A stretch of 64,000 bases of DNA from a virus. Positions 32,979-44,062 of this stretch are shown here, in pieces. Position numbers and translations under genes: made by a program. The stretch spans positions 19,956 to 83,955 of IMG/VR virus record IMGVR_UViG_3300009514_000014; one strand, written 5' to 3'. The notes under the pieces are model-generated. The model ran no database searches and was not told the origin of the DNA. It was given only the letters and a program-made list of their open reading frames with translations. Position 1 is the first letter of the stretch, and each line of letters opens with the position of its first letter.

Positions 32979-33508
32979 TAGCCGACTTCCACTTCTAGGG
33001 GTGCAGACGCATCGTCCTCCACCACCAGTTTTGCACTCGCATCGGATGCCACAGTCAGATTGCTGCTGGCACCTGTAGCGACTAATGCCTTTACAGCTTC
33101 CACGCGCACAGAAATCGTCTGTGTGGCAGCAGGCGCTGCCCTCAAGATTTTGCTCGCCGGATTGTTGACGACCAATGTAGCGGCCGCATACACGCCTTCG
33201 GTTGCGAGTTGCAGTAGAGTTTGTGCATCTGACTCAACGATCAGTGACAATGAAGCTTGAGGGTGCACAATCACCTTGGTTGTCGGGTCTAAAGCCAGGG
33301 TCAATGCCATAGCACTGTCGGAGTCTACCACCAATAGTCGGTCTGCGTCAGCAGATGTCGGCGTCGGCAGTAAGTTGACGTACAAAACCTGAAGCGGCAT
33401 TCCCGGTTGCGGGATCAAGTACGCCCTTCCCGACAAGAATTGCGAAGACAGTCGCAGCATTTGCGCGCTGGCGCCGTTTTGTGAGTGCATGCTAGGCAAT
33501 GGCTGCAA
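32978..33508 (-). CDS. Hypothetical virion-associated protein
   Basis: Operon position. Confidence 0.6.
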   Translation of the reverse strand: MQPLPSMHSQNGASAQMLRLSSQFLSGRAYLIPQPGMPLQVLYVNLLPTPTSADADRLLVVDSDSAMALTLALDPTTKVIVHPQASLSLIVESDAQTLLQLATEGVYAAATLVVNNPASKILRAAPAATQTISVRVEAVKALVATGASSNLTVASDASAKLVVEDDASAPLEVEVG

Positions 33509-35180
33509 GTCCGATCGTGGAGTATTGAACTCCGAATCCTGGCACGGTGGCGGTTGCGATCGTGTAATAAGGTGCTGTAGTTAGTGGAATGCCCGCTGTT
33601 GTTTTTGTTAGCTGAAAGACTCCCTGAGTGTCGACTGAGCCGGCCTGGCTAAAAACAGTATTACCTGCCTCGTCGTACAACGTGACGGTCACCGCAGAAG
33701 GCACGACCAACGTGCTACCTTGTTGACACCAGATGTGGCCTTTGAAAATATCATTTGCAAAATCTAGCACGAAACTCTGATTGACCTTGATGGCGTTGGT
33801 CAAACTTTCAAGCGTTGACTGCCTAGCCAATTGATAGTTTTTAACGACTACGCAGGTGTCGGCGCTTTCATCGGTAAGGTCGAAGTTGCCCATCAAATGG
33901 ATGAAACCGGCTGTGTTTGTGTCCTCAAGCTGTATGTGCGCTCCTGTCGTATGGATCGCCACGATCCCGAAGTCGGTCATGCCTCGGACTTTCAGGTGCC
34001 CGTGGAAGTCAACGATCGAGCAATTCCTGCCGCCTCCGTTGACATTAATGATAGCCGGGTCGAGCGCGCCCCTTCGGCCCGAATAGCATTTCCAAAGCTC
34101 CAGACCAGCAGCACCGCCAAGCACCATCTCGCCTTCGATTTCTGAGCGATGGATATCGCCTTCGACAAACCCAAGGTCCAAAACAACACACTCATTAATA
34201 TACGAGTTGTCGTCCAGCGAACCGGACAGTGTGAGATCTCTAAAGTTGCAACCGGTAACATCAGCCCCCGCTTCAACCGTTAACGTAACCGTCAACTTAT
34301 TTGCCCCCGTTACTTGAAAGCCGGGGATAGACACGCCGGCCGCCAGTGTTGCACTGCTGATAAATCTTAACGAGCGAAACCCGCGTCCGACTTGTGCGTC
34401 AATCAGTAGAGCATCAGCGACGTTGCTTGACGGGGCATGAGGGGCGCCGGCAGGATAGGACGTGCCGGATACTGCATTGCCGGTGACGTTTTCAACATCG
34501 ATGGAGATTCGGCCGCCAAAGGTTCCCGCCTCTAGCTGCGTTTGGTTCGCCGTCGATGCCGCCGTTGATTCTGTTGTCTCGAGATACACCCCAAACGTAG
34601 GCAGCGCTTTCGGGATATTTGCGCCCGCATAGCTTCTGGCGACTAAGTTGCCCCCAGAGATCGAACACCTGACTATTTCATTGATCTTGTAGCTATCCCC
34701 TAAACCCCATTCGTTGTCGACTCCTCCAGACAGCGCAGTGCAGTAAAGAAGTGTATCGCTGATGGTAGTCAAGACTTCACAAGTTGACCCGTCAGTCAGG
34801 TTTCGAATCAGCATCCCTTGCGTCACGCCGTTGGCGAGGAAGAGCGCAGATGCATCGTATAGATCAGTGCCAGCAGGATGGCCGGTGGTGACTGTCCCAA
34901 CTTGTTTGATGTTGTGTCGCGCCTCGAATGCGACAGCCATGTTATTGGCGGTGACTGTGAGTCCAACGAAGTCGCCGCTACTCAGTTCTTCCTCACCTCC
35001 TGAACGCAAAATCAGTTTGCGTTTGTCTATATTTGCAACGTCGTCGGAGATGGCGCGACAGGTGTCTAGGATATCTTGAATCGTAACTTCTGTGATTGGT
35101 GCAGGAACCCAAAGAATCCTCAGATCATTGCTGTCTGGATTCCTGCCCCAATCGACAAATGCTCCGGCAATTTCGGACAT
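33492..35180 (-). CDS. Virion structural protein
   Basis: 562 aa, beta-rich; operon position. Confidence 0.75.
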   Translation of the reverse strand: MSEIAGAFVDWGRNPDSNDLRILWVPAPITEVTIQDILDTCRAISDDVANIDKRKLILRSGGEEELSSGDFVGLTVTANNMAVAFEARHNIKQVGTVTTGHPAGTDLYDASALFLANGVTQGMLIRNLTDGSTCEVLTTISDTLLYCTALSGGVDNEWGLGDSYKINEIVRCSISGGNLVARSYAGANIPKALPTFGVYLETTESTAASTANQTQLEAGTFGGRISIDVENVTGNAVSGTSYPAGAPHAPSSNVADALLIDAQVGRGFRSLRFISSATLAAGVSIPGFQVTGANKLTVTLTVEAGADVTGCNFRDLTLSGSLDDNSYINECVVLDLGFVEGDIHRSEIEGEMVLGGAAGLELWKCYSGRRGALDPAIINVNGGGRNCSIVDFHGHLKVRGMTDFGIVAIHTTGAHIQLEDTNTAGFIHLMGNFDLTDESADTCVVVKNYQLARQSTLESLTNAIKVNQSFVLDFANDIFKGHIWCQQGSTLVVPSAVTVTLYDEAGNTVFSQAGSVDTQGVFQLTKTTAGIPLTTAPYYTIATATVPGFGVQYSTIGLAAIA

Positions 35181-35183
35181 ACG

Positions 35184-38100
35184 CTACGGCAGGTCAACGT
35201 TTTCGTCGGCCTGCAAGTTGGCCGCGATGTTGGCTCCAGTTGAACCGAACGTCGCTGTACCATCAGCGGGCAACCAACCTTTGAGACGACCAACCCAGTA
35301 GATCGGGAAGTCGCCGATGTACTGGAGAGTATTTGACGCCGATGCTGCAGACGCTTCACCTTCGATGAGGGCCACATGGGCGTTGTACGTTGCGACCAAG
35401 TCCGCCGCGCCCGTCACATCACCGATGGTGTTCTGGCCGATGCCTTGCTGAAGGTGGAAACGACCGTTAGTCCGGTCGACAGTATCGTACACAAAGCTCA
35501 GGTACGTGCCTGTGCCGTTGGGGTCCAAGATGCGGAGCACGCCCGTATCTGGAACATCCAATGGCATCGGCACTGCTCGCGTTTGCGCATCAAGCTCTAT
35601 ATCGCTATCGCTGGCGCCATTGTAGATACCTCCAACTGTGCCTACCTGGAACTCGGTGCGAAGAATCGTCTTCAGACCGGCACCCGTCGATCGATAGGCC
35701 GCAACGCGTACTCCAGTGAGGCCCGGGAGCGCCGTGTTTGCGTCGGTCATGACCAACGACTGCAAGTTTGGCGGTGTTCGAGGGCTGCCTGCTGCGGTGA
35801 TCACCGTGAAGTTTTGGATGTCCGCTGCGAGCAGATCTTCCTTGATAATGAACCAACCTTGGCTAAACGCTGCCTTGCCGCCAGAGAAGCTGGCAATAGG
35901 GCAACCCTGCGTGTTGATCGGATACGTGCTCACCAGTGAAGGGAAGATATTACCGGCAAGGCCGGCATCTGCGGTGCCTGGCCCGCCAATCAACGTTGTG
36001 ATCTCGGAGGAGGTGCGGTACTTGGCATATTCGTAGACGTTCAAGACCGTGACCAGTGGTGTCGCATCGTCCTGAATGTTGGGGGCGACCAGCGCGTTAT
36101 AATTCTCGGCACCACTACCATCTCCCAGGTTGTAAGGCACGGTTGTCGAATCTGCATTGGAGGCAGGCGTGAATGTCGATCCCGAGGTGGCTCCGGTGAT
36201 CTGATTGGTGTCCAACGTGCCCGAAATCTCTTCGACGTACATGTCCCCTGCCGCGTCTAGCCCCATGAAATAGCCGGACCATGCTGAGACGGCTTGGTTC
36301 AAAACTTCGCCGTAAACAAAAGCGGCTGAAGCTGCCACTGACTCCACCAACTTGCGGCCAACCGTGAGCAGTTTGATGTCGTCAGCATAGCCGGCCACCA
36401 GGTTTGCAACCGAACTGAAGGTCGCCGTTGCCGCGCTGATCTGTCCCGTGATCGTTTCGGCGCTGCCGAATTGAGTGGCCGGCGTTTTCAAGATGTAGTC
36501 GAGCGTGTCCCCGGTTGTGTCTTCAGCGGTCACGATGCCGATCGCGCCCGTGGTCCCGCCGATGATCTCTTCACCGACAGTAAAGGCGCCCACACCCGTG
36601 TACGTGATTCGATGCGTACCAGTCAGGTTGTTAGGATCGACGATGGTGTTGAATGCGACACCGGCTAGACCACCGACCTGACCGGTAGTCACCCAGAAAT
36701 AGGTGGTACCATACTCTTTGGCGTGGACAGTGACGTTGCCGCCATCGATAAGCTGGCCCAGGGTGGCAACTGCAGGTTGAATGTACCGCACGTCGGTGGA
36801 GGTCTTGTTTTTGACCAAGACATCGATGTGGCCTGCGATCCACCAGTTGTCCAGCACTCGACCGTCCTGCTCCACGTAGAGGTTGGGTTGAGGAGTCGGA
36901 TTGGTGCTGTCGTAGAAGAAGCCGTGATCTCCAACGCGGGCAAGAGTCGAACCAGACTGGATACCGGTCCAGATGTTATTCTTACTCGAATCCTGCCACG
37001 CGCCTTTCTCAAGGAAGCGAAACGACAGGTCGGGGATTTTCCAGCCGTTGATGATCGTGTACAACTGGTCTTTAACGTTGGCGCGAAGCGGAGCAAAATC
37101 GTCCAAGTAGCCCTGCTCATCAACCACGTCCTGCACCAAACCGTAGAATTGGCTGGAGCTGCGGACGATGTTGAGACTGCCAGCGGGGTAAATACCGCCT
37201 TGGCTGACGCGTTGCTCATCGAGTACACCACCGAGAGCCGCCGGAACGTTGATCGTAGCAGCATCCAGATAGGCGTTTTGAGCATTCTCAACTTCAGCGT
37301 ATTTCACCCAAGTCTTGTCGCTCTGTTCGACGTGCAACTCGTCAGCGTCTGCGAATGCTCCGGCGATCTTATCCGCCAAGATCAACTTGCCAGTTGAATC
37401 CCCGTCGTCGATGACTGCAACCACGCGACCGGCAACTCCCGTGAGACCGGCATTGTAGCCCTGCACATGATCGCCAACCGAGAAGACCTTACCGGCGACC
37501 AGAGTGTCGTAGTACACGCAATCCAAGATGCGTAGGTTGTTGTTATCCGTCCACGCGCCTCCTGTGGTATCGGAGTCCACCAAGCGCAACGATCCTGCCG
37601 TGGCAGTACCGTAGACTTTCTGTACGCGACCTTCCGCTCCGGACACATTGTCCGTAACCCGTGCATCGGCAGGGATCAACTGGCCGCCAGCATCGTAGTG
37701 AATGATGACGCTGTTGTTGGTGTTAGTCGTTCCTGGAACAACTAGATCAGTATCGAGTGCGGCGCCTGTCCACACTCCACTGTTATCAGTGCCGACGCCG
37801 TTTGTGTCGCAAACGTCGGATTGAATTCGTGCGGTGGGAAGCAAAATGTTGAGCACCTCAGGATTCGTGAACGGCTCGCCCGTCATAGGCTCGCCGTAGA
37901 TGATCCCCTCACCTGACGTTTCCTGGTTGTACTCGATTGCATACACCACGATGGTCGCTGAAGATGTCGCACCCTGCAACGTGTCACCAACCTGGAAACC
38001 GCCGTTCCCCGCTGTGACGGAATCAAAGGCGAGCGTCGACAACTGAAGAACAGACTCGCCACTCACCCATCTGCCAACCACGTTGGTCAGCGTCAGCGTC

Positions 38101-38279
38101 CCTGTGGCCGCTGAGCCAGTCCGCGCGATGACTTTGCCGACTGCTCCGGATGTTTGACCTCGGACGTACTGGCCGACAGCAGGTTGAGTGCCTGTACCCG
38201 TGGTGTACGAGATGATTCCATCCACGTGGTAAATCCACTGATTTACGTCGTCGAACAGCCAGTCATTAGCGATACTCAT
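35184..38279 (-). CDS. Large virion structural protein with F.VGE.I.G.TSGA repeats
   Basis: 1031 aa, Gly/Thr-rich, about eight internal repeats. Confidence 0.85.
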   Translation of the reverse strand: MSIANDWLFDDVNQWIYHVDGIISYTTGTGTQPAVGQYVRGQTSGAVGKVIARTGSAATGTLTLTNVVGRWVSGESVLQLSTLAFDSVTAGNGGFQVGDTLQGATSSATIVVYAIEYNQETSGEGIIYGEPMTGEPFTNPEVLNILLPTARIQSDVCDTNGVGTDNSGVWTGAALDTDLVVPGTTNTNNSVIIHYDAGGQLIPADARVTDNVSGAEGRVQKVYGTATAGSLRLVDSDTTGGAWTDNNNLRILDCVYYDTLVAGKVFSVGDHVQGYNAGLTGVAGRVVAVIDDGDSTGKLILADKIAGAFADADELHVEQSDKTWVKYAEVENAQNAYLDAATINVPAALGGVLDEQRVSQGGIYPAGSLNIVRSSSQFYGLVQDVVDEQGYLDDFAPLRANVKDQLYTIINGWKIPDLSFRFLEKGAWQDSSKNNIWTGIQSGSTLARVGDHGFFYDSTNPTPQPNLYVEQDGRVLDNWWIAGHIDVLVKNKTSTDVRYIQPAVATLGQLIDGGNVTVHAKEYGTTYFWVTTGQVGGLAGVAFNTIVDPNNLTGTHRITYTGVGAFTVGEEIIGGTTGAIGIVTAEDTTGDTLDYILKTPATQFGSAETITGQISAATATFSSVANLVAGYADDIKLLTVGRKLVESVAASAAFVYGEVLNQAVSAWSGYFMGLDAAGDMYVEEISGTLDTNQITGATSGSTFTPASNADSTTVPYNLGDGSGAENYNALVAPNIQDDATPLVTVLNVYEYAKYRTSSEITTLIGGPGTADAGLAGNIFPSLVSTYPINTQGCPIASFSGGKAAFSQGWFIIKEDLLAADIQNFTVITAAGSPRTPPNLQSLVMTDANTALPGLTGVRVAAYRSTGAGLKTILRTEFQVGTVGGIYNGASDSDIELDAQTRAVPMPLDVPDTGVLRILDPNGTGTYLSFVYDTVDRTNGRFHLQQGIGQNTIGDVTGAADLVATYNAHVALIEGEASAASASNTLQYIGDFPIYWVGRLKGWLPADGTATFGSTGANIAANLQADENVDLP

Positions 38280-38282
38280 GAT

Positions 38283-38510
38283 CTACTCCTTGTACTCGTC
38301 AGGCCAGTCCGCAACAGGTATTCCCTGTTGCTCAGCCATTTTGATAAAAGCAAGGCGCCCGTCTTCGGGCATTGACAGGATTTCCCCGTCACGCACCCAC
38401 ATTAGATTTCCGGAAACCTGGTTAATCTTTCGTGTTGCCCCACACAACCGACACTGATCTTCTTTTATGCAATCTTCTTTACTGCAAATGGGGCAATCTC
38501 TAGCACTCAT
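38283..38510 (-). CDS. Small Zn-ribbon protein
   Basis: CPIC..CRLCG; coupled start. Confidence 0.65.
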   Translation of the reverse strand: MSARDCPICSKEDCIKEDQCRLCGATRKINQVSGNLMWVRDGEILSMPEDGRLAFIKMAEQQGIPVADWPDEYKE

Positions 38511-40669
38511 GGCAGATCCACATTTTCGTCAACACGCATCGCTGCGGCATGCGACAACCCGTCTGTGGTTATCGTGTCGGAGGCTCGATAGTTAGACCAG
38601 CCCTTCAATCTGACTACCACAGTGACTGCGAGGTCGCCCGTGTAGTTGTAGGTGGCATCGGTCACGACGCCGGAGCCGTTAGTGGTCCCCGTCATAATTG
38701 CAGCGCCAGTGCTAGTGTTCTCCACACGAACGCGCAAACCTGCGACCGCCGCCGCGCCAAGTTTGCAAGTCACGGTTAGCGTTTTTGTGTTTACTACAGT
38801 GGTAGAGGCGCCTGTGCCGTTACGTACACTAGGAGAGTCACCGCTACCCGACACGTTGATTGTGACGGCGCCGGCAGTATCGTTAAAAACAGCTGCCTTG
38901 GACGAGTAGAAACTATGTATTTCTCCGCCCGAGCCGTCAGCCAGTGTGATCGCGCTGGAACCGGCTACGCCTGCAGCTCTCGTCAGGTGCACTGTGAACG
39001 TCGTGCCGGACGCAACGTTGACGTAGTATTTGGTTGCATCAGTCAAGTTGATCGAATCGGTTCCGCCTTCTTTGTTGTAGAAGACAGCATCTCCCGATGT
39101 GAATCCATGCGCGGCGTTTGTAGTGATAACGTTGGAAGCCACACCCGTCTGGGTGTGAAAATTCCAGCCAAGGTCTGCAGGCGCCCAGTAGTTGGTGAAC
39201 TTATTGCCTACTGAATTCGTTGACCCTGTGGCGGTGATCTCCATTGCATGACCAAAGTCGTGACCCCCACCCCCATCGAAAGAGCAGTAGGTAATCCCAT
39301 TCATTGCAGCCAAAGGAGTGAATAGCGACTCGCCCTCCCCCAATGTGAAGTCGGAAAGCAAAACGGTAGTCAAAGCAGCGGTGGAAGCTACGACATTTCC
39401 GATGCTCTGCACGAAACCTTTGGAGATGGTGCACTTCGATGTCAAGGTCATGACCCTGATACCTTCGAAGATGCACGCCGTGGCGACCAATCCTGCCGTG
39501 GAGGTCGTACCCGTCACCGTGAAGTCGGCGCGGTTATCTGGATCTCGTATGATGCTCTGGTTCTCGCCGGGTGCAGATGGAACCGTCAGTGCTTCGATGG
39601 TGCCAGCGAAGGCATTGGTCCGAGAGGTGCTCAGACCAAAAGTGTCGGCGTCGTTGACGAACACCCAAAACGATCCCGGTTCTGGACCGATGTCATGAGA
39701 GCCACCCTCCCTGGAGTAAGTGACGTAGTCGCCGGTGTTCAGGCCGTGCCCTGGAATCGTGATGTGATCGCTGGTCGCGTTGGTCTGCAGTGCCGTGTCG
39801 AACCATTTTTTGGTGACGCTGTGGCCATTGCCGGTGAACGAACAAACGTCCAAGGTCACCGCTGTGGAGGCGTTTTGGAGATCGACCTTTATGCCGAGAG
39901 CGCCTTCACCTACGCGAGCCCAAGGAAAGACGAGCTTCGTGTTGCTGGCAGTGAACGTTGTAGCGGTAGCAGAACCTATGGCCAGCATTGCCCCTACGAA
40001 GATGACGTCGTCCTTCGTCGTGGCGATGCCGTAGCGATTGCCGGTTGTCCCTTCGTCAAACGTCACAAAGTCAGCGAAGCTGCCGCCTGTGCCCACCCAG
40101 AGCAGGCCCTGCCCTGTGGTTACAAAGTCGATGGCATCCATCGCCAAGTTCTCGGACTTTGCCGACGAGACCGACATGGTGGCAACATGCGCCCAATAAT
40201 TGACCGCACTCAACGTGACCGCACCTCCCGGTGATGCATCAACGTAAGCGGCCTCATTGAGGTCGATCGGCGGAAACAACCAACCACCTGGAGCTGGGTA
40301 GGTGGACTTAGTGTAAAGGTAGTACTGATTGTAAAGCGTGGGTTGACCACTTCCGGCTGTGGCACCACTGCCGATTTCAATCTTATTGCCGGCCGCCCTG
40401 GTAGTCTGCAAAACACCGGGCGTTGTGGCCAGAGCCTTGAAGATGAAGGTGTCGCCTGCGACGTTGTAGGTGACCGAGTTAGGGATGAAGCAGACCCCAG
40501 TCTCGCTTGTCTTGACCTTTTCCGAGACAGACTGCGCACCCTCGTAGAAGAACTCGCCCTCTAGAACAGCCGCACCCCCTGCGGTATCTTCCCAGACGCC
40601 AGCTACGGGAGTGGAAGGAGACAACGCCTCTGCGTCAGTAATGCGAGTTCCTTGAAAGGTCACGGCCAT
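38507..40669 (-). CDS. Virion structural protein with two HG..TGD.V.Y repeats
   Basis: 720 aa, Gly/Thr-rich. Confidence 0.85.
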   Translation of the reverse strand: MAVTFQGTRITDAEALSPSTPVAGVWEDTAGGAAVLEGEFFYEGAQSVSEKVKTSETGVCFIPNSVTYNVAGDTFIFKALATTPGVLQTTRAAGNKIEIGSGATAGSGQPTLYNQYYLYTKSTYPAPGGWLFPPIDLNEAAYVDASPGGAVTLSAVNYWAHVATMSVSSAKSENLAMDAIDFVTTGQGLLWVGTGGSFADFVTFDEGTTGNRYGIATTKDDVIFVGAMLAIGSATATTFTASNTKLVFPWARVGEGALGIKVDLQNASTAVTLDVCSFTGNGHSVTKKWFDTALQTNATSDHITIPGHGLNTGDYVTYSREGGSHDIGPEPGSFWVFVNDADTFGLSTSRTNAFAGTIEALTVPSAPGENQSIIRDPDNRADFTVTGTTSTAGLVATACIFEGIRVMTLTSKCTISKGFVQSIGNVVASTAALTTVLLSDFTLGEGESLFTPLAAMNGITYCSFDGGGGHDFGHAMEITATGSTNSVGNKFTNYWAPADLGWNFHTQTGVASNVITTNAAHGFTSGDAVFYNKEGGTDSINLTDATKYYVNVASGTTFTVHLTRAAGVAGSSAITLADGSGGEIHSFYSSKAAVFNDTAGAVTINVSGSGDSPSVRNGTGASTTVVNTKTLTVTCKLGAAAVAGLRVRVENTSTGAAIMTGTTNGSGVVTDATYNYTGDLAVTVVVRLKGWSNYRASDTITTDGLSHAAAMRVDENVDLP

Positions 40670-40673
40670 GCTA

Positions 40674-41213
40674 TCAACCCACCACCAGCTCATAGACGCC
40701 CATGCTGTGTTCTGCGTCTAAGTAGCCCAAAAATGCGCCCATAAGGCGTTCGGCACGTTTCTCCAACTCGGGTTTGATCACTACCCTGTCACCTGTGTCA
40801 TTCGGTGGGACTGAGTCGTAGTCCACGACGATCACGGGCACTCCATTGAGGGCGACCAGCCGTTCGATCATGTCTCGGCCGGTTGTTGTGACGGCGTCAG
40901 CGCGCACTTCGATCACGAAGGCCCAGTGGCCGCCATTGAGCTCGTTAGCGGAGCACATCACGCCCGACAGGTCTGGACGATCCTTCGGGAGACCCACACC
41001 CCGCAACCAAGAACATTGGAAGTCGCAGCATGTGGGCGGACGCTCAGCGTTCCCAAATATTTGACAGCCATCAGATCCCTGATGCGGGCAGCCGGTGTGG
41101 GCCGCCTTGGTCAGCTCGGGGACGCCCCCGATATAGCAACAAACCGTACATGCGCCACACGCCCTTTCGTCGGCGGCAGAGGGGTTGCTGGTTCTGTGGG
41201 CTGTGTCAGGCAA
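40674..41213 (-). CDS. YkgJ-like CxxCxxCC metal-cluster protein
   Basis: CGACTVCC..CPH..GC.I..RP..C..F.C.WL. Confidence 0.75.
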   Translation of the reverse strand: MPDTAHRTSNPSAADERACGACTVCCYIGGVPELTKAAHTGCPHQGSDGCQIFGNAERPPTCCDFQCSWLRGVGLPKDRPDLSGVMCSANELNGGHWAFVIEVRADAVTTTGRDMIERLVALNGVPVIVVDYDSVPPNDTGDRVVIKPELEKRAERLMGAFLGYLDAEHSMGVYELVVG

Positions 41214-41240
41214 GTTAGCACCCTGCTACTGCACCGTGAC

Positions 41241-41708
41241 CTAGTGGCCGATAACGTGCGGCTCGAATTTGAGCTTCGCCGTCATTGCGTCGACGCCACC
41301 GGTTGTTGTCACCAAAATCTTCGATCCCCACAGTATGGGCAAATGAATCTGCGTCGTGTCGGAGGTGACAAACGACACTTCGGTAGTCCCGGAGAACAAT
41401 TCTACCAGATTGTCGTTGATGTCCTTTAGCTCAACCTTCCAGGTAGATTGATTACCGCCGAGTGCCAATTCTATCGCCACGACGCGAAGTGCGTCTTTCG
41501 GCTCGAATGCGTACAGCGTGTCGTCGGTCGGATCGAAGAGGCCGCCTTCTAGTCCGGGAGCAAACTCAAAGATATCATCGGCGAACGTCGGCACAAGAGC
41601 GACAAGGGGGCCACCATCCTTCGGTGTCAGGCCAGCAAAGTCGCTGCCGGCCTTTATGGCCTGGTGAATTGCGCACAAGCGCTCAACCTTCGCAAGAACT
41701 GTGGCCAT
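41241..41708 (-). CDS. Hypothetical virion protein
   Basis: GGAGGT RBS; first gene of the minus-strand operon. Confidence 0.75.
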   Translation of the reverse strand: MATVLAKVERLCAIHQAIKAGSDFAGLTPKDGGPLVALVPTFADDIFEFAPGLEGGLFDPTDDTLYAFEPKDALRVVAIELALGGNQSTWKVELKDINDNLVELFSGTTEVSFVTSDTTQIHLPILWGSKILVTTTGGVDAMTAKLKFEPHVIGH

Positions 41709-41774
41709 AACTTACCTCCGGGTATTTGGCAACTTATCATAGGACTTTACGCCACACAATGCCACTTCTTTGGT

Positions 41775-41803
41775 TTGACCTCGGAGGCTATGCCATCTAT
41801 GAT
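41775..41803 (+). promoter_or_regulatory. sigma70-like promoter of the head operon
   Basis: TTGACC-17-TATGAT. Confidence 0.6.
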
Positions 41804-41850
41804 AGCCGGAAATACTAGCAGCTCGCGAGAGTACTAGAAGGTTGCGACAT

Positions 41851-43611
41851 ATGAGCCAAGACACTAGCGTGGAAGAAACCGAATCCGTAGCACTCGTCAA
41901 GGCTGAAATAATGGGTGGAGGCGGAGCTCGATCAAACCTGATCGAGCTCTTGACGCAATCTCAGGACGCCATGCCTACAGGGGCGATGACCCCTCCGTAC
42001 GACTTCCAGATGCTGTACAATTTGTTTGAGTCATCTTCGCTACTTAGACCAAACATCGATGCCTACAAGACGAACATCGACTCGTTCGGCCACCATTTCG
42101 TTCCGATTGTCGACCTGACGGCTAAGGAATCTACCCAACAGATTTCAGACGCCATGCTCTACGAGAGCATGATGGCGGTGCAATCCGGTGCCACGTCGCT
42201 GGCCGACGTCGAGGAACCGACTCCTGAGGAGGTTAAAGAGCGCAAAGACCACCTCCAGAAGGTGGCGCGTCTCGAGCACGCACGCCTGCGGGCATTCTTC
42301 TCGTTCGTGTGTCCGGATTTGAGCTTCACCGAGCTACGCCGTAGAACGCGGCAGGACTACGAGGTCACCGGCAACGCCTGGTGGGAGGTGATCCGCAACG
42401 CACTCGACGACGTTGCCCACGTCTACTATGCGCCACCAATCAACATCCGCCTACTTGCCAAAGATGATGAAGCAATTCAGGTTGAGGAGCGGGTGCAGGT
42501 CACCGATATCACATGGACGACAGTCAAGCGCTGGCGCCGATTCCGCCGATTTGTGCAGGTCGACACGAGCCGCGACCCAATTTTCTTCAAGGAATACGGC
42601 GATCCACGCACCGTCTCGCGCGCGACCGGTGCCTACTACCGCGATGTCGCCGCCTTGATGGCCGAGGAGCCGGACGCCAAGCCTGCATCAGAACTTCTGC
42701 ACTTCGCGCTGTTCACGCCGAACTCTCCTTATGGGATTCCGCGCTGGATCTCCAACCTGCCAGGCGTGCTTGGCACCCGTGAGCTCGAGGAGGTCAACTA
42801 CGACTACTTTCGCAATAACGTCGTGCCCCCTCTTGCACTCCTGTGCAGTGGCGGTCGCTTCGGGAAAGGCGTCGCCACCAAGATCGAGGAGTACATCGAA
42901 GAGCACCTCAAGGGGCGCAAGGGCACCCATCGCATCCTCGTGTTGGAAGCTGAGGGCCAAAAGGGCGCCGGAGAGTCAGGTCCGAGGTCAGTGCCGAAGG
43001 TGCAGTTCGTGCCACTGCGAGACGCGCAGCAGTCAGACTCCCTCTTTCAAAACTACGATTTGCGCAACTCCGAGAAGGTCGCGCACTCCTTCCGCCTGCC
43101 TCGAATCCTCAGGGGTGATGACACCAAGATCAATCGAGCTACGGCTTTCATCGCATTACGCTTCGCCGAGGAACAGGTATTCGAGCCTGAGCGCGAGACC
43201 TTCGACGATGTGATCAATCGGCAACTATTTCCGGTGCTCGGCGTCACCTTCTGGCGCTATAGGTCCAATGCGCCTGTCGTGCGCGATCCAGACAAGCTCG
43301 CTGAGATGTTGGAGCGCCTGGTCAAGGCTGGAATCTTGTTGCCACGAGAAGCTCGAGAGATTGCCGCCGACATCTTCAACCGCAACTTCGTCGACATCTC
43401 TGAAGAGTGGACCGGTAAACCGCTACCCTTCACCTTGGCGCAACTCCGCTCCAACCCAGATGCACCAGTGGACGATCCACCGAAGGACGACGATGACGCG
43501 GATGAAGACGAACCAGCGCCGACCCCCACTGTCGCCGCACAAAGACCGCCGACCAGAGACGACTCGACGTTTCTGCGCGCCGGCAGGCCATACAAAGCGT
43601 TGGGCGAGTAA
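41851..43611 (+). CDS. Portal protein (PBSX/XkdE-like)
   Basis: PPYD, DYEVTGNAWWEVIRN, FKEYGDPR, YGIPRW, YF.N..VP, AHSFRLP, VFEPE. Confidence 0.92.
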   Translation: MSQDTSVEETESVALVKAEIMGGGGARSNLIELLTQSQDAMPTGAMTPPYDFQMLYNLFESSSLLRPNIDAYKTNIDSFGHHFVPIVDLTAKESTQQISDAMLYESMMAVQSGATSLADVEEPTPEEVKERKDHLQKVARLEHARLRAFFSFVCPDLSFTELRRRTRQDYEVTGNAWWEVIRNALDDVAHVYYAPPINIRLLAKDDEAIQVEERVQVTDITWTTVKRWRRFRRFVQVDTSRDPIFFKEYGDPRTVSRATGAYYRDVAALMAEEPDAKPASELLHFALFTPNSPYGIPRWISNLPGVLGTRELEEVNYDYFRNNVVPPLALLCSGGRFGKGVATKIEEYIEEHLKGRKGTHRILVLEAEGQKGAGESGPRSVPKVQFVPLRDAQQSDSLFQNYDLRNSEKVAHSFRLPRILRGDDTKINRATAFIALRFAEEQVFEPERETFDDVINRQLFPVLGVTFWRYRSNAPVVRDPDKLAEMLERLVKAGILLPREAREIAADIFNRNFVDISEEWTGKPLPFTLAQLRSNPDAPVDDPPKDDDDADEDEPAPTPTVAAQRPPTRDDSTFLRAGRPYKALGE

Positions 43612-43640
43612 CCTAAAACCAACCACCACAGGTACAGAAA

Positions 43641-44045
43641 ATGAGCGACAAGAACGACAAGACAGACCCGAAGACCGAAAAGGCGATCGCCAATGTGTTG
43701 GCCGACGCCAAGTTGGATATCGATCCCACGCCTTTCCGTTCGTTTATTCGAAATGAGCGGGACTTGGTTGTAGTTTACAAGGCGCTTGAGAAGGCGATCA
43801 TGCGCAGTTTCGCCGAGGACCTCCGTCGCAACCCATTCGGCAGGTTGGCGCAGAGTGGGGTCAAGGAGTCTGACCTTCAGGAGCGCTTCAAGATGTGCGA
43901 GACATGGATCAGACGAGCTCGGGGTGACCTGGGCTTCTCTCTCGACAAGACTCTCGACCTGATGCCGCATGCCTTGCGCTGCGAGATAGACGGTCAGACC
44001 TTCGATCCTGCCACCATGAGAACCAGTATTTGGACTCCGACATAA
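43641..44045 (+). CDS. Hypothetical protein
   Basis: Between portal and protease genes. Confidence 0.75.
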   Translation: MSDKNDKTDPKTEKAIANVLADAKLDIDPTPFRSFIRNERDLVVVYKALEKAIMRSFAEDLRRNPFGRLAQSGVKESDLQERFKMCETWIRRARGDLGFSLDKTLDLMPHALRCEIDGQTFDPATMRTSIWTPT

Positions 44046-44062
44046 GGAATGGATGCATAGCT

